Positions 26,352 to 36,873 are shown, counted from the first letter of the whole stretch. The stretch: DNA of 63,717 nt, filler included, from Octopus bimaculoides (GCF_001194135.2; 6 parts of 5 records of this genome joined end to end with filler, not necessarily neighbours in it), one strand, 5' to 3'. Numbers and translations: made by a program. Notes: generated by a model from the sequence alone, not told the origin.

Positions 26352-27773
26352 GCTTGTGTTCCACTGTGATGGTTTATGCCACAACGAAAAGGAGGAGGAC
26401 GATGACGCCGGGGCTGGGGCAGGGGGGGTGTCCGGGTAGTTGGCCAGTTTGTTAATGGACGAGGACGGAGGGGGAGGCGGCATGGCAGAACTCGGTGGGG
26501 CCTTTGGCTGATTGGCACCCATGCCGAATGTACTCTGTGCCTGGTTGTACATCTGGACAGTGACATTGGGAGCCTGGGTAATTGAGGGGTGGATACGGTA
26601 GGGACTGGCTGAATGCTGGGTAAACTGATTCTGTCGATTAACCACTGCTTTGTTGGCGTTCAGCTGGGAGAATTGGTTTGCCTGCAGCAGCTGATTGAGT
26701 GTTGGCATTAAGGGTTGCTGGTTCAAGTAATTGCTGTCCTTCTCTTGCTGGTTAAGCAAAGGTTGTGGGTTACCGTACTGAAGACTTGGCTGGCTCCCAA
26801 CAGGGTATGGTCTCGGGGTGTTTGGGTACGCTGGAGGACTGGGTTTCGGTTGTAATGTACGCAGCGTGAGGGCATTAGGATTCTGCCTGCTGCTGTTGTA
26901 GTGCTGACTCTGTTGGTGCGCATAGCTGCTGTTCTGGCTAGCCACTTGGTTAGCTTTGCCGGCCAAAAGTGCTGAGAGTGCAGGGCTGCGCAGATCTTGA
27001 GCACTGGGTAAGAACTGCTTGGTGCCTTGCTGCTGCTGCTGCTGTTGCTGTTGCTGCTGCTGCTGCAGCTGGTTAACCATTGCAATCTCGGATGACTGGT
27101 TCACATAACGTATCGTTTGGTTCGGGTTGGATACTGGTGTCTGGTAGTGGACATTAGCCATGCCACCTTGTGGGGGTTGGTATCTTAGACTGACACTGGC
27201 AGCCCCTTGTTGAGACGGGGGCGCTGTCGACTGGAATCGGACACCAATGTTGCCATTGTTTGGTGACGAACGTTGGTATCTGGCTGCTGAATTATTCGGA
27301 GATGACGAGCTTTGATAAAGGCGCACGACTTGGTTTGAAGGGGACTGGCTCTGGTAGCGGATATTAGCGACATTCTGTGATGGGTGGGGAGCAGGACCTG
27401 CATTTTGATAAATCCGGGCTACGTTGCTTCCTTGCGGATTGCCCGCAAATGGGACACCGTGGCTATAGTACATTGTCTCACCGGACAAAGGTTGGTTACC
27501 GAGAGAAGCACCAGAAGACCGTGAAGGAATCTGCTGCACACTGCCGAATGCAGCACCTGCAGAACTTCCACTACAGCTGCTGCTATATGGCATCGGTTCT
27601 CGTTTGATAGTTGCCGTCATTGGCGTCATGGATATATTCATGCCGGAGTGAGAAATAGCCGGATTGTAGTTGGATTGGTAGTTGGCAGCCATGGCTTGCT
27701 GCTGTTGTTGCTGCTGTTGTTGTTGTTGTTGTTGAACGAGTTGGTTGCGGTCACTGGCCCAATTGCTCATCAT
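26352..27773 (-). CDS. First coding exon of an unidentified Q/N/S/P-rich, probably nuclear protein; truncated at the scaffold join
   Basis: About 474 codons open in higher-GC, non-microsatellite sequence with mixed CAG/CAA polyQ runs. ATG ATG is preceded by an in-frame TGA. A strong acceptor (ttttatgtatttcttttctag) lies at 27917. Contains IKRE (SUMO consensus) and two LxxLL motifs. No folded domain recognised. Confidence 0.8.
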
Positions 27774-27916
27774 TGATCAAGTCTTACAGAAACACGGCAA
27801 ACGGTTGCGGAGATTGTGAAGCTTGGACTCTGGCTGTGATGTCAGGAATGCCTCTTGGCGGTCGATGGTTCTGCTTTTTCCCTGCTTTATTTCTTCCAAA
27901 ATTTCTTCAGGTAGAT
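27774..27916 (-). other. Upstream (probably 5' UTR) part of the exon carrying the Q-rich ORF start
   Basis: Begins after the acceptor AG at 27918-27917; contains no ATG before 27773. Confidence 0.6.
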
Positions 27917-28092
27917 CTAGAAAAGAAATACATAAAACAATAAATACCAAAGAATAAACAGGCATCAAAGACTTACCATTTAACACATGAATGAGAGTAT
28001 TTGTAGGAAATAAAGGTTAACCCTGGGGGTGTATGGCTTGAAGGTGACAAAAGGGATTTTATCAGAGCCTGTGGCCTTCTTGGTTTTCTGAG

Positions 28093-28464
28093 CCCTTTTA
28101 CTACCAAATTTCTATTGAAATACATTGTTTTTTTTATTCAATTAATTTTAAATAAAATGAAAAATTTATTAAAAAGTTGGTATTGGAAACATAAATTAAC
28201 ATGAAATTTTGGTGGAAGATTTTTATTCAGATCACTTTAACCCTTTTGCTACCCAATTTTGCCGAAATATGCTGCCTTTGTTTCAATTAATTTTAAAATA
28301 ATGAAGAATTTATAAAAATATCTTTGTTATTATGAAGCTGGTGTTTGGGACATAAATTAACATAAAATTTTGGTGGAAGATTTTAATTTAGACCACTTTA
28401 AAACAAGAAATTTGTTTCACAGAACCTGGGACAGTTTCAGGCAGTTTGGTATCAAAAGGGCTCA
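28093..28464. mobile_element. piggyBac-like MITE (28241-28460) with a partial tandem copy upstream (28093-28240)
   Basis: TTAA|CCCTTTTGCTACC at 28237-28253 and GGTATCAAAAGGG at 28448-28460 (12 of 13 inverted match). Internal direct repeat acataaattaaca..aaattttggtggaagattt occurs in both copies. Confidence 0.55.
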
Positions 28465-29420
28465 AGTGGAAGGAGGTGCTTTTGCATATAATATGTATGT
28501 GGTGGGGAGTCCGGTGAAGTGAAGAGGGGACAGGTTTAGGGTAGGTTTACCTCATGTGTGTGCAATGAAAATTGGGACGTGAACTGGGAATGAAATGTGC
28601 AGGCTATTTCTGCAGGATTCTTGCTTATGGAAAGAACTACCAGTGTTGAAGTGAGGGAAGGAGGAGTCTGCAAGAGATCCTTTTGGTAAGGGACCAAAAG
28701 GCTCAATAGCATTTTGAGAGACGGGAGAACTTGTGGATGGTGTAATGCACGGGCGCATGTTTTGGGATGGCCTTGAAAGGAGTTGAAGTACTGAGTAAAA
28801 GCTGTCACTTGATAAAAATGGTTTTCTTCAAGCATTGTCTTATAATCCTCATTATGTTGGATTCTTATAATGCCCACTTCAGTAAACAGTATACTTAGTA
28901 AAACCAGTCAAGACATGACTATCTCTCACTGCCTACTACGTACTCTGGTACTTCACATACTTCTCTCTACTTATAGTGACTAGGTTATTCCATTCGTGGG
29001 AGCAGTGTACCATTATTACTAATTCCCTACAACAATAAGTCATGTCCTTCACCAAAACTGTCACAGCCACAACCATGAGTTGACTATTATTTTTATACTT
29101 GTTTCAGTCATTAGACTACAGCCATGCTGGAGCACTGCCTTCAAGAACTTTTGGCAGAATGAATTGATCCTAGGATCCTGGCATAATTGTTAGCAGGTCT
29201 CATTCATTCTTTTGTTGTCTTACCATTATTATTAATATATATAAATATATAATTAGAAAAAGAAAATGGAGATTGGGAAGTTAATAATTGTTTATTATTA
29301 AAAGCAAATTAATCATCATCCCTTACAGCTGTCTCGATTAATACTTAGTATGCATATATACACACACACACACGCATATGTATACAATATACATGTGTGT
29401 ATGTGTGCGAATATGCATTG

Positions 29421-29730
29421 GTCCACCACTACTTGACAACTGGTGTTGGTTTGTTTACATCCCCGCAACTTAGTGGTCCGGCAAAAGAGACCAATAGAAT
29501 AAATACCAGGCTTTAGAAAATGACTGAAACAAGTAAAAGATAAAAGTATCTTTTATTTTTTGTTTCAGTCATAGGAACGTGGCCCTGCTGGGGCACTGCC
29601 CTGTAGAAGTTTGGGTCAAATTAATCGACCCCGGTTCTCATTTGTCTTGAAGTTTGGTATTAATTCTATCGAACCGCTAAGTTAGAGACGTAAACAAACC
29701 AACACCGGCTGTGAAGCGGTGGTAGGGGAC
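29421..29730. mobile_element. Two family B copies abutting in inverted orientation
   Basis: ggtgttggtttgtttac (29442-29458) pairs with gtaaacaaaccaacacc (29690-29706); tgactgaaacaa (29521-29532) pairs with ttgtttcagtca (29560-29571). Confidence 0.7.
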
Positions 29731-30009
29731 GAATACACTCACATACACGCTTATATATATATATATATATATCCACATATTTATATATACCTATATCTAA
29801 ATGTGTATGTGATTATAAACACCTATACTCCTATGTGTGTAAAACCCTGCAACATATACGTGGTAAATATTCGTCTCTTTCTCTCTCTCTCTGTATATAC
29901 ATATATATATATCCCAGGTTTATGTAAATTAATATTTCTGCTTACAAGTTTCCATTTATATAGATCTATACGTTTAACTATATATATATATATATATACT
30001 TTATTTAAA

Positions 30010-30246
30010 AGCAGCTGCTTTCAAATAAAGCATATTACTCTACCTCTGGTATTTGAGTACTCTTTTTTCCACGTTGTTGCACATTTCATGTGCTTACTCC
30101 GGTATCTCCTGGTCTCCGTATTCTTTCTGTTGAAGAGCGTAGCTCGAAACGTCAAAGACTTTCCGTATTCCCGAGCGTCATACTAATACATCCTTTTGTT
30201 ATTTACACCACCTGTCCTCGTCTGTTGTTTTTTCGTACACTCTCCC
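30010..30246 (+). mobile_element. Short interspersed element with hammerhead-like motif (Penelope-terminus/retrozyme-like), copy 3
   Basis: About 130 bp (30114-30246) nearly identical to the reverse complement of 17280-17418 and similar to 1570-1700. Confidence 0.65.
30122..30158 (+). ncRNA. Minimal type I hammerhead ribozyme-like motif, variant core
   Basis: TCTTT (stem I) - CTGTTGA - A - GAGC gta GCTC (stem II) - GAA - ACGT (palindromic stem III) - C (cleavage site GUC) - AAAGA (stem I). Activity untested. Confidence 0.55.
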
Positions 30247-30279
<33 letters not shown>

Positions 30280-30642
30280 AACATACGTACATATATAGAT
30301 ATATACTAAGGCAGACAAAATCTAAAACCTATTACTCATGCAATAAGTGCATCCTTCAACATTTTAGCGAATTAGGGTTTAGAATTTCAATAGGAACATT
30401 TACGATAATATTAAACATTATTAGCATCAATTTAAGGCAGGGTATCAGCTGACCAGGGAGAAGAACAGGCGCGTGCATGGTTCAAATGGTAGCCTTGCGC
30501 CTGTTGCATTTTTTAATGTTGTCCTTTCGGAAAGTGGTGGAATAAACCATTATAATTTACGACATTACATCATTTATATACATACAAATACATACTTATA
30601 TACACCTATATGTATATACATACACACCTACATAAATATAAA

Positions 30643-30710
<68 letters not shown>

Positions 30711-31999
30711 AAAATACATTCGTGTTTATATATATATATATATATATAATGTAGGCTTCTATTACGTACGGAATCAATATATAATGTAGATACATAGATG
30801 ATAGTAGACAGATATGTATGTGTATATCTATGGAGACAGAGATTATATACATATAAATATATATTTGATACATACTGTGTTCTGGAGGAAGGAAGCAATG
30901 GTCGCTGTAGATATATCTAGGAAAGAATTTGGTCAAACATGTCTCTGTGTCGATGCTGCTTTCTGCCTTCTTGTTTGGTGACCAAATAATGCAGATCCTG
31001 TGACATGGTTCCTTGGCCGAATTCGTCCTTTTTTCTTTTAAAATATATATGTGTATATGTCTTGTGTGTGTTCTGAGAAGAACTTGGTGCTAGTCCCGCC
31101 TGAGAACCGTTAGTCCAAAGACTTTTAACTAAACATACAATGCACACACACACTCATGTATATTTACGTAAATATATGTTTATATATATATATACATATA
31201 TACACGGTTACACACACACATATATGTATGTTTAATAATGCCGATGCGTTTCAGGTACGAGACAGCATGTGGCGGTGGTGACCAATAACACTGCTGACGA
31301 CAATAATGTTGATGATGAAGATAATGATTATGATTGTGTTGGTGATGACAGTGGTAATAGCGAAGAATATATTACAGAGGGATAATGATGTTTAAAAACC
31401 TCTGATATTCTTTCCAAAGAGAGGAGGAAGCAAATGTTGTTTTCACATAATTGAAGTCCTATTCACATTATGAATCACCAATACCATTCATATACATATA
31501 TACACACACACATATATATATATTATTGGTGTAATTATTATTTGTTATAATTATTATAATGTTTGTTGTTATTCTGTGTTTCTTTCCTCACACAAGACTC
31601 CAAATCTTTCCATAACGTCTTCTGAATTCATCTTCTCTCATTAATTAAAATTATTTATTATTTCACAAATATATTCATAGATATCATTATCTTCCACCGT
31701 TGCTGTTTTTCTCCTCTTAATATAGAAATAAAATTAAATAAACATTCACTTCCTCCTCCACTCTCACTCTCTCTTATTCTTACTTTATCTTCCTTTCTTT
31801 TCCCCCTCTCTGTTATTCACTTTATCTCTTTTTTTCTCCCTCTTATTCTTAGTCTCTCTTCCTCTCTGTTATTTGCGCTGCTTTACTCTAACTCACTCTC
31901 TTTCTTCGCTCTTACTCCTTTTCCCTCTCCCTCTGTATTTTCTTTCTTTCTTCTCTCTTACTCTCCCACTATTCCTCTCGATTATATTTTAAAATCTTA

Positions 32000-32096
32000 A
32001 ACCGGAAACGCTACTCGTTTTCATAATTTTATTATTTTTCGTAACCGGAAGTAGTTCTTTAGCGTCTGTGATCAGTTATAGTAGTCGTGGTAAGAG
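32000..32096. promoter_or_regulatory. Candidate bidirectional promoter / short first exon between the divergent genes
   Basis: CCGGAAA at 32002-32008 and CCGGAAGT (ETS consensus) at 32045-32052; GTG|GTAAGA donor at 32090. The + strand switches from pyrimidine-rich (31740-31980) to purine-rich (32090-32500) here. Confidence 0.35.
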
Positions 32097-32741
32097 AAAA
32101 AAAAGTAGCAAACGATTACAGAAAGAGGGGGAGACATTAAAATAGATAGATAGAGAGAGTGAAGGAGAGAGAAAACAAACAAAGAATAAGAAAGATGGAA
32201 TTAGGAGAGGAGGAGGAGGAGAGAGAAGAAAAAGCAAAGACCACGAGTAAGAGGGAGAGTGAAAAAACAAATACAGAGAATAAGAGGGGAAATAAAAGAA
32301 AGTATAAAAGAGAGAGAGAGAGACGGAGATAAAGAAATGGAGGGAAAGTGAGAGAGGAGAGGGGAAGAAAGGATTATGAGGAAAAAGTAGTGTGAGAGAG
32401 AGAGAGAAAGAAAGAGTATGAAATGTGAGGAACGAAGGAGAAAAGTGTAATGAAAACTGTTGGAAGGAGCAAAAGGAAATAAAATGAAGAGGAAAAATAA
32501 TATTCTATCTTAATGTATTATATACACACATATATATATATATATACATAGGGGGTGGANNNNNNNNNNNNNNNNNNNNNNNNNNNNNNNNNNNNNNNNN
32601 NNNNNNNNNNNNNNNNNNNNNNNNNNNNNNNNNNNNNNNNNNNNNNNNNNNNNNNNNNNNNNNNNNNNNNNNNNNNNNNNNNNNNNNNNNNNNNNNNNNN
32701 NNNNNNNNNNNNNNNNNNNNNNNNNNNNNNNNNNNNNNNNN

Positions 32742-32773
<32 letters not shown>

Positions 32774-33730
32774 ATGGGCGAATGGTGTATTAAGAGCGTG
32801 CTGGCTTGCTGTAGTAGGTTCCGTTTAAACCCTGTGGTGTGTGACTAGTTGCTGTGATAAACAAAAATCTCCACAAATGGTTTCAATATCGTTTTAACAG
32901 AAAGATTTGGAAGAATTAAATGAAAGTTCTCCGGTAATGAAAATAATTGTTTATGTTAATTTTAAAATTTGCCAGCAAAATCTTATAAAACGACAATGTT
33001 CTAAACGATGTAGATGTTTATATGTTATGTATGAAAATAAAATAATTGTATCCTCAAAAAAAAAAATAGAAAGGAGAGACAAGAGAGGTGAGAGTTGGAG
33101 AAGAAAGGGAAAACCAAAAATCAGAAGAGAGGAATTGGTAAATGGAAGAATGGAAAGAAAGTATGAAATTAAGGGAGAGGAGTACAAGAAAAAAAGAAGT
33201 ATAAAATAAAGTTATTAGAAAAAAATAAAATCACTAGAAGAGGGAAGCAACTTTGATATTTTACAGAAGCAGTTATCTCTCCATCACGTTTCTTGAATTT
33301 GGTAGTGTTTTTGTTGTTTATTCCCAACTCAGCGTATTGTAAGGATCCACGAACGAAAGTGTTCGAACTGTGACTATCCAATATTTTGTTTGCCTGACAG
33401 AGTGTATATCCAGGACTACAATATCTAAGGCCGAGTGTCGTTTGAGGAAAACTCGACTGTCACTTCTCGTATATCGATCGAACCACTATATAGGGGTTGA
33501 TAAAATTTACTACGTGAATTTATATTTACCCGATCGACTGCCTTTCACATTCGTCTCTCATTTTCTGGTCACTCATTCTGATTGACCCATAGGCTTCGCC
33601 TTCTTCCCTTGCAGACCATCTACTTTCTGGAATTATCTTCGATATCCACTACGTTTCCACTGTACGCGTCAACTTCCAGACGTTCGAGGTGACCACAATC
33701 CTGGTTGATTTCAGTTTTCTAAGGGGACCC

Positions 33731-33951
33731 GAGGGTGGGAAGCTGTCAGAATCGTTAGCACGTCGGGCAAAATGCTTAGCAGCATTTCGTCCGTCTTTAT
33801 GTTCCGAGTTCAAATTCCGCCGAAGCCGACTTTGCCTTTCAACCTTTCGGAGTCGATAAAATAAGGGCCAGTTGAGCACTGGAGTCTATGTAGTCGACTT
33901 ACCTATTTTCCTGAACATGCTTGCCTTGTGTCTAAATGTGAAACCAATATT
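33731..33951 (+). mobile_element. SINE family A (gagctggcagaatcgttagc head; ctttgcctttcatcctttcggggtcgataaaataagtaccag core)
   Basis: Same sequence recurs at about 42517-42712, 44094-44434, 46095-46660, 50268-51500 and 59535-59830. The core resembles the Meta-type SINE domain (recalled, not searched). Confidence 0.8.
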
Positions 33952-35228
33952 CTAAGGGGACCCAAGGATACTGACTCTTATTTCCTTCTGATTAACCCAC
34001 GAAGAAATGAACAAGAGTGACAAGTGAGTAGGGGCAACACAATCGCTAGAATAGAACACAAATTATTGGGTGTTATTTAATTGCAACCCTTTAATTTCTG
34101 AGTTCATGCCACCCCGATCTCTTCACATCTGGGATCAACTTTGTTTTTCAGTTTTACAAGATCAATAAAATACTGGGATCGATACAGTCGACTTCTATAT
34201 CCTCATGATGGAATCTATGGTTATGCATCTCTGTTAGGAATTAGTTCTCCCAATCCAAGTCAAACCCAAAATGAACCAGAGAACCAGGAGGCAGAAACTA
34301 TCTTGGTTCAACCCTCTTTACAGTTTAGATGTCACCATAAATCCTGTTAAGATATCATTTTTCATATGGCTACCACGAACCCTTCAATATGCATAATATT
34401 AAAGTTAGCTACTGAGGCTTCTTCTTCTGCTGATACCTTGATTTTGGAAACAGAAGAACAGCGTGACTTCTTCACAGTTCTGTAGAACACACTTGCTTTA
34501 GATGCCGTGCAGTAGGACCGAACCCAAATCGATATGTATGCGAAGCGAGCTTCCTAACCACAGTCATAGCTGCAGTTAAAAATCTCTAGTATAAATTCAC
34601 GTGAGAAATATTAATCTCTCAGTTACCTCAAATGTCACTACAGCCAGATTCCTGAAATCGATAAAACCGGCAAACAATGAAACCAGATTCTAATTAATGA
34701 ATCGCCCAAATTATCTCGATTGATGCAAGCTGTTGCTAAAATATCAGCAAAACCAGTTTTGTTGCTAACTGCACAAACTACACCACATATTGACGCGCGA
34801 TAAATTATGTTTATTCAACAGACATGGCAGCGTGATAAGGAGTCAGTTTCCCAACCATACGGTTCCGGGTTCAACCCCAATGAGTGACAACTTGGGAAAA
34901 TGCCTTTCTTACCTTATGAGTTCTGACAGTGCGAGGTCTCGCAGATTGTGGGAGATAATTTACTACCCCTTGTTTTATAAAACGATGAACTAAGTTCCTA
35001 ATCGTGTTTTCTCTTTGGGTATCTCTCACTTGAAAGTGCCAACAATATGCTCTCTGGGTTTGAATAATTGACCCCTGATTTTAATAGAACAATTTCACCA
35101 CTTGGGAGCGTTGTGCGGTGCCATATTTTTCCATAATTAATTTCCAGGACCTGATCCATAAAATCCCTGAAAAGAAAAGAAAAATGTCAAAAAATAGAAG
35201 AATTATCAAAAGTTGCAATCCCTCAGTG

Positions 35229-35247
35229 ACTTTTGAGCCACCCTGTA
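35229..35247 (-). mobile_element. Isolated Tc1/mariner-like terminal inverted repeat
   Basis: Minus strand reads TA CAGGGTGGCTCAAAAGT; no partner end found. Confidence 0.35.
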
Positions 35248-35462
35248 TATAAACCCATACATCCATAACTCGCATGTCTCCTAATGATTGATGAGAAGTT
35301 ATCTCCCGTTACGGTAGTCGCTCTTTTATGTGGTTCGACATCATTTCGTCTAACGTCGTCGCTGCCGCCGCCGCCATCACCATTATCAGTAACAACAGCA
35401 GCAGCACAAGTCCACCGAGTATGACGGCGACATCTGTTCTTTGAGGTGTTTTTTTGGGCATC

Positions 35463-36304
35463 ATGACACAACCTTATTTCGTTTCAACAACAACAACAGC
35501 ACCACCAACTACAACTACTACACCATCGACTGCATCCAACATCACTTGTGTAGCACCTGCTCCAACACCAACATCATCATCATCATCTTCATCGTCATCA
35601 CCACCAGGCTCTTTATCTTCTTCCACCGTCACCGCATCTTCGTCTCCTTCTGTATTGTCTCTAACCCATCCATTACAATCGCCATCGTCGTTCTCATCTT
35701 CATTGTTAACCTCAACCGCTGCCGCTACAACAAAAACGTTAACTAATTCTAGTTCTTCTAGTAGTGGCGGTGGTGGTGGTAGTAATAACAACAGCAGCAA
35801 TACCACCACAACAACATTAACTACTACTACTTGTAATAATAATAATAATAATAATAGTACAACTACGCACGGAGCATCGCGCACCAATATCGAGAATAAC
35901 CGACAACAACAGCAACAACAGCATCACTATCTCTATAACCAATATCCTCCGCAGTTTTACCATCATCATCATCATCATCAGTACCAGCACAAACGTTACC
36001 GTTATCGCTACCAACAGTACAACAACAACAACTTCAACAGCTACTACAGCAAATTCTACGGCAAACCGTTTGGCGTTAGAAGAAGAATGGAGAACACGTA
36101 TGGATGTTCGGTTGGTGCCGTCGCCTCTGTGACTGCTTCTGGCGTCACGGCGGAGGTGGCCAGCGCTGAGACAGACAATAATTGTTCTGGTCTTATCACC
36201 GAGGCCGGTGTGGATATTGCTGGCCACTACAGCGGAGCGGCTTTGTCCACCTATGAAAGGACAGGCAAGTCACTGCATTATAATCCGAAAATGGCCATTG
36301 CAAG
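35463..36304 (+). CDS. TRMT1L: TRMT1-like tRNA methyltransferase, coding exon 1 (low-complexity N-terminus ending ...HYNPKMAIAR)
   Basis: ATG at 35463 with an in-frame TGA at 35442-35444 upstream. Open frame runs to donor AG|GTAAG at 36304/36305. YNPKM matches the recalled FNPKM start of the TRMT1L methyltransferase domain. The true start is uncertain because a possible acceptor exists at 35445. Confidence 0.8.
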
Positions 36305-36873
36305 GTAAGAACATAACCTTGTATATATTTATATATTATATAAAACGCGCATATGCTCGTATATATATTATATATACACACACAAATATACATCCACACT
36401 TATATATGCACATACATTCATACATAGACGCAGAAGCACACACGTACAAACACACTAAAAGAACCGTACACATGTATACCCATAAATATACACACAAACA
36501 TATGCAGATATACAGACACCCACACTCATACATATGTACGGGACATATATGCACAAATATACACATTCACACATGTACAGACGTATATATATTTATAAAC
36601 ATATATACAAACGTACATAAAAACTGGTCCAGGCCAGACGTGAAATGTAGGTCCCTATTTCAATTGTTAATGGGCTACACGTGGACCGTAAGCTACATTT
36701 CAAACTGCTTCATAAATATTTTAGTAATCAATGTTAAATACGTAATTATGCAAGTGTTACTTAATTATGGGATATAGTTTTGCCTCCATTTGAAAGAAAA
36801 GACCCCCTCAGAATTGAAGGTTAACCATTCCAAGTGTGCCTCATCTTAGTTTTATAAAATACATACATACATA

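Noticed and set aside
27890-27916. F-box-like start DLPEEILEEI
   Set aside because: Only the first few residues fit; the rest of the F-box pattern is missing.
28500-28880. ORFs 28536-28877 and 28552-28758 as upstream exons of the Q-rich gene
   Set aside because: No recognisable protein and no clear acceptor; more likely a decayed LINE fragment, which I also cannot assign (similar unassigned stretches at 7560-7830, 10320-10940 and 42900-43190).
35474-36227. Antisense ORFs over TRMT1L exons 1 and 7 (35474-35887, 35817-36227, 46931-47341)
   Set aside because: Shadows of trinucleotide-rich sense coding sequence.
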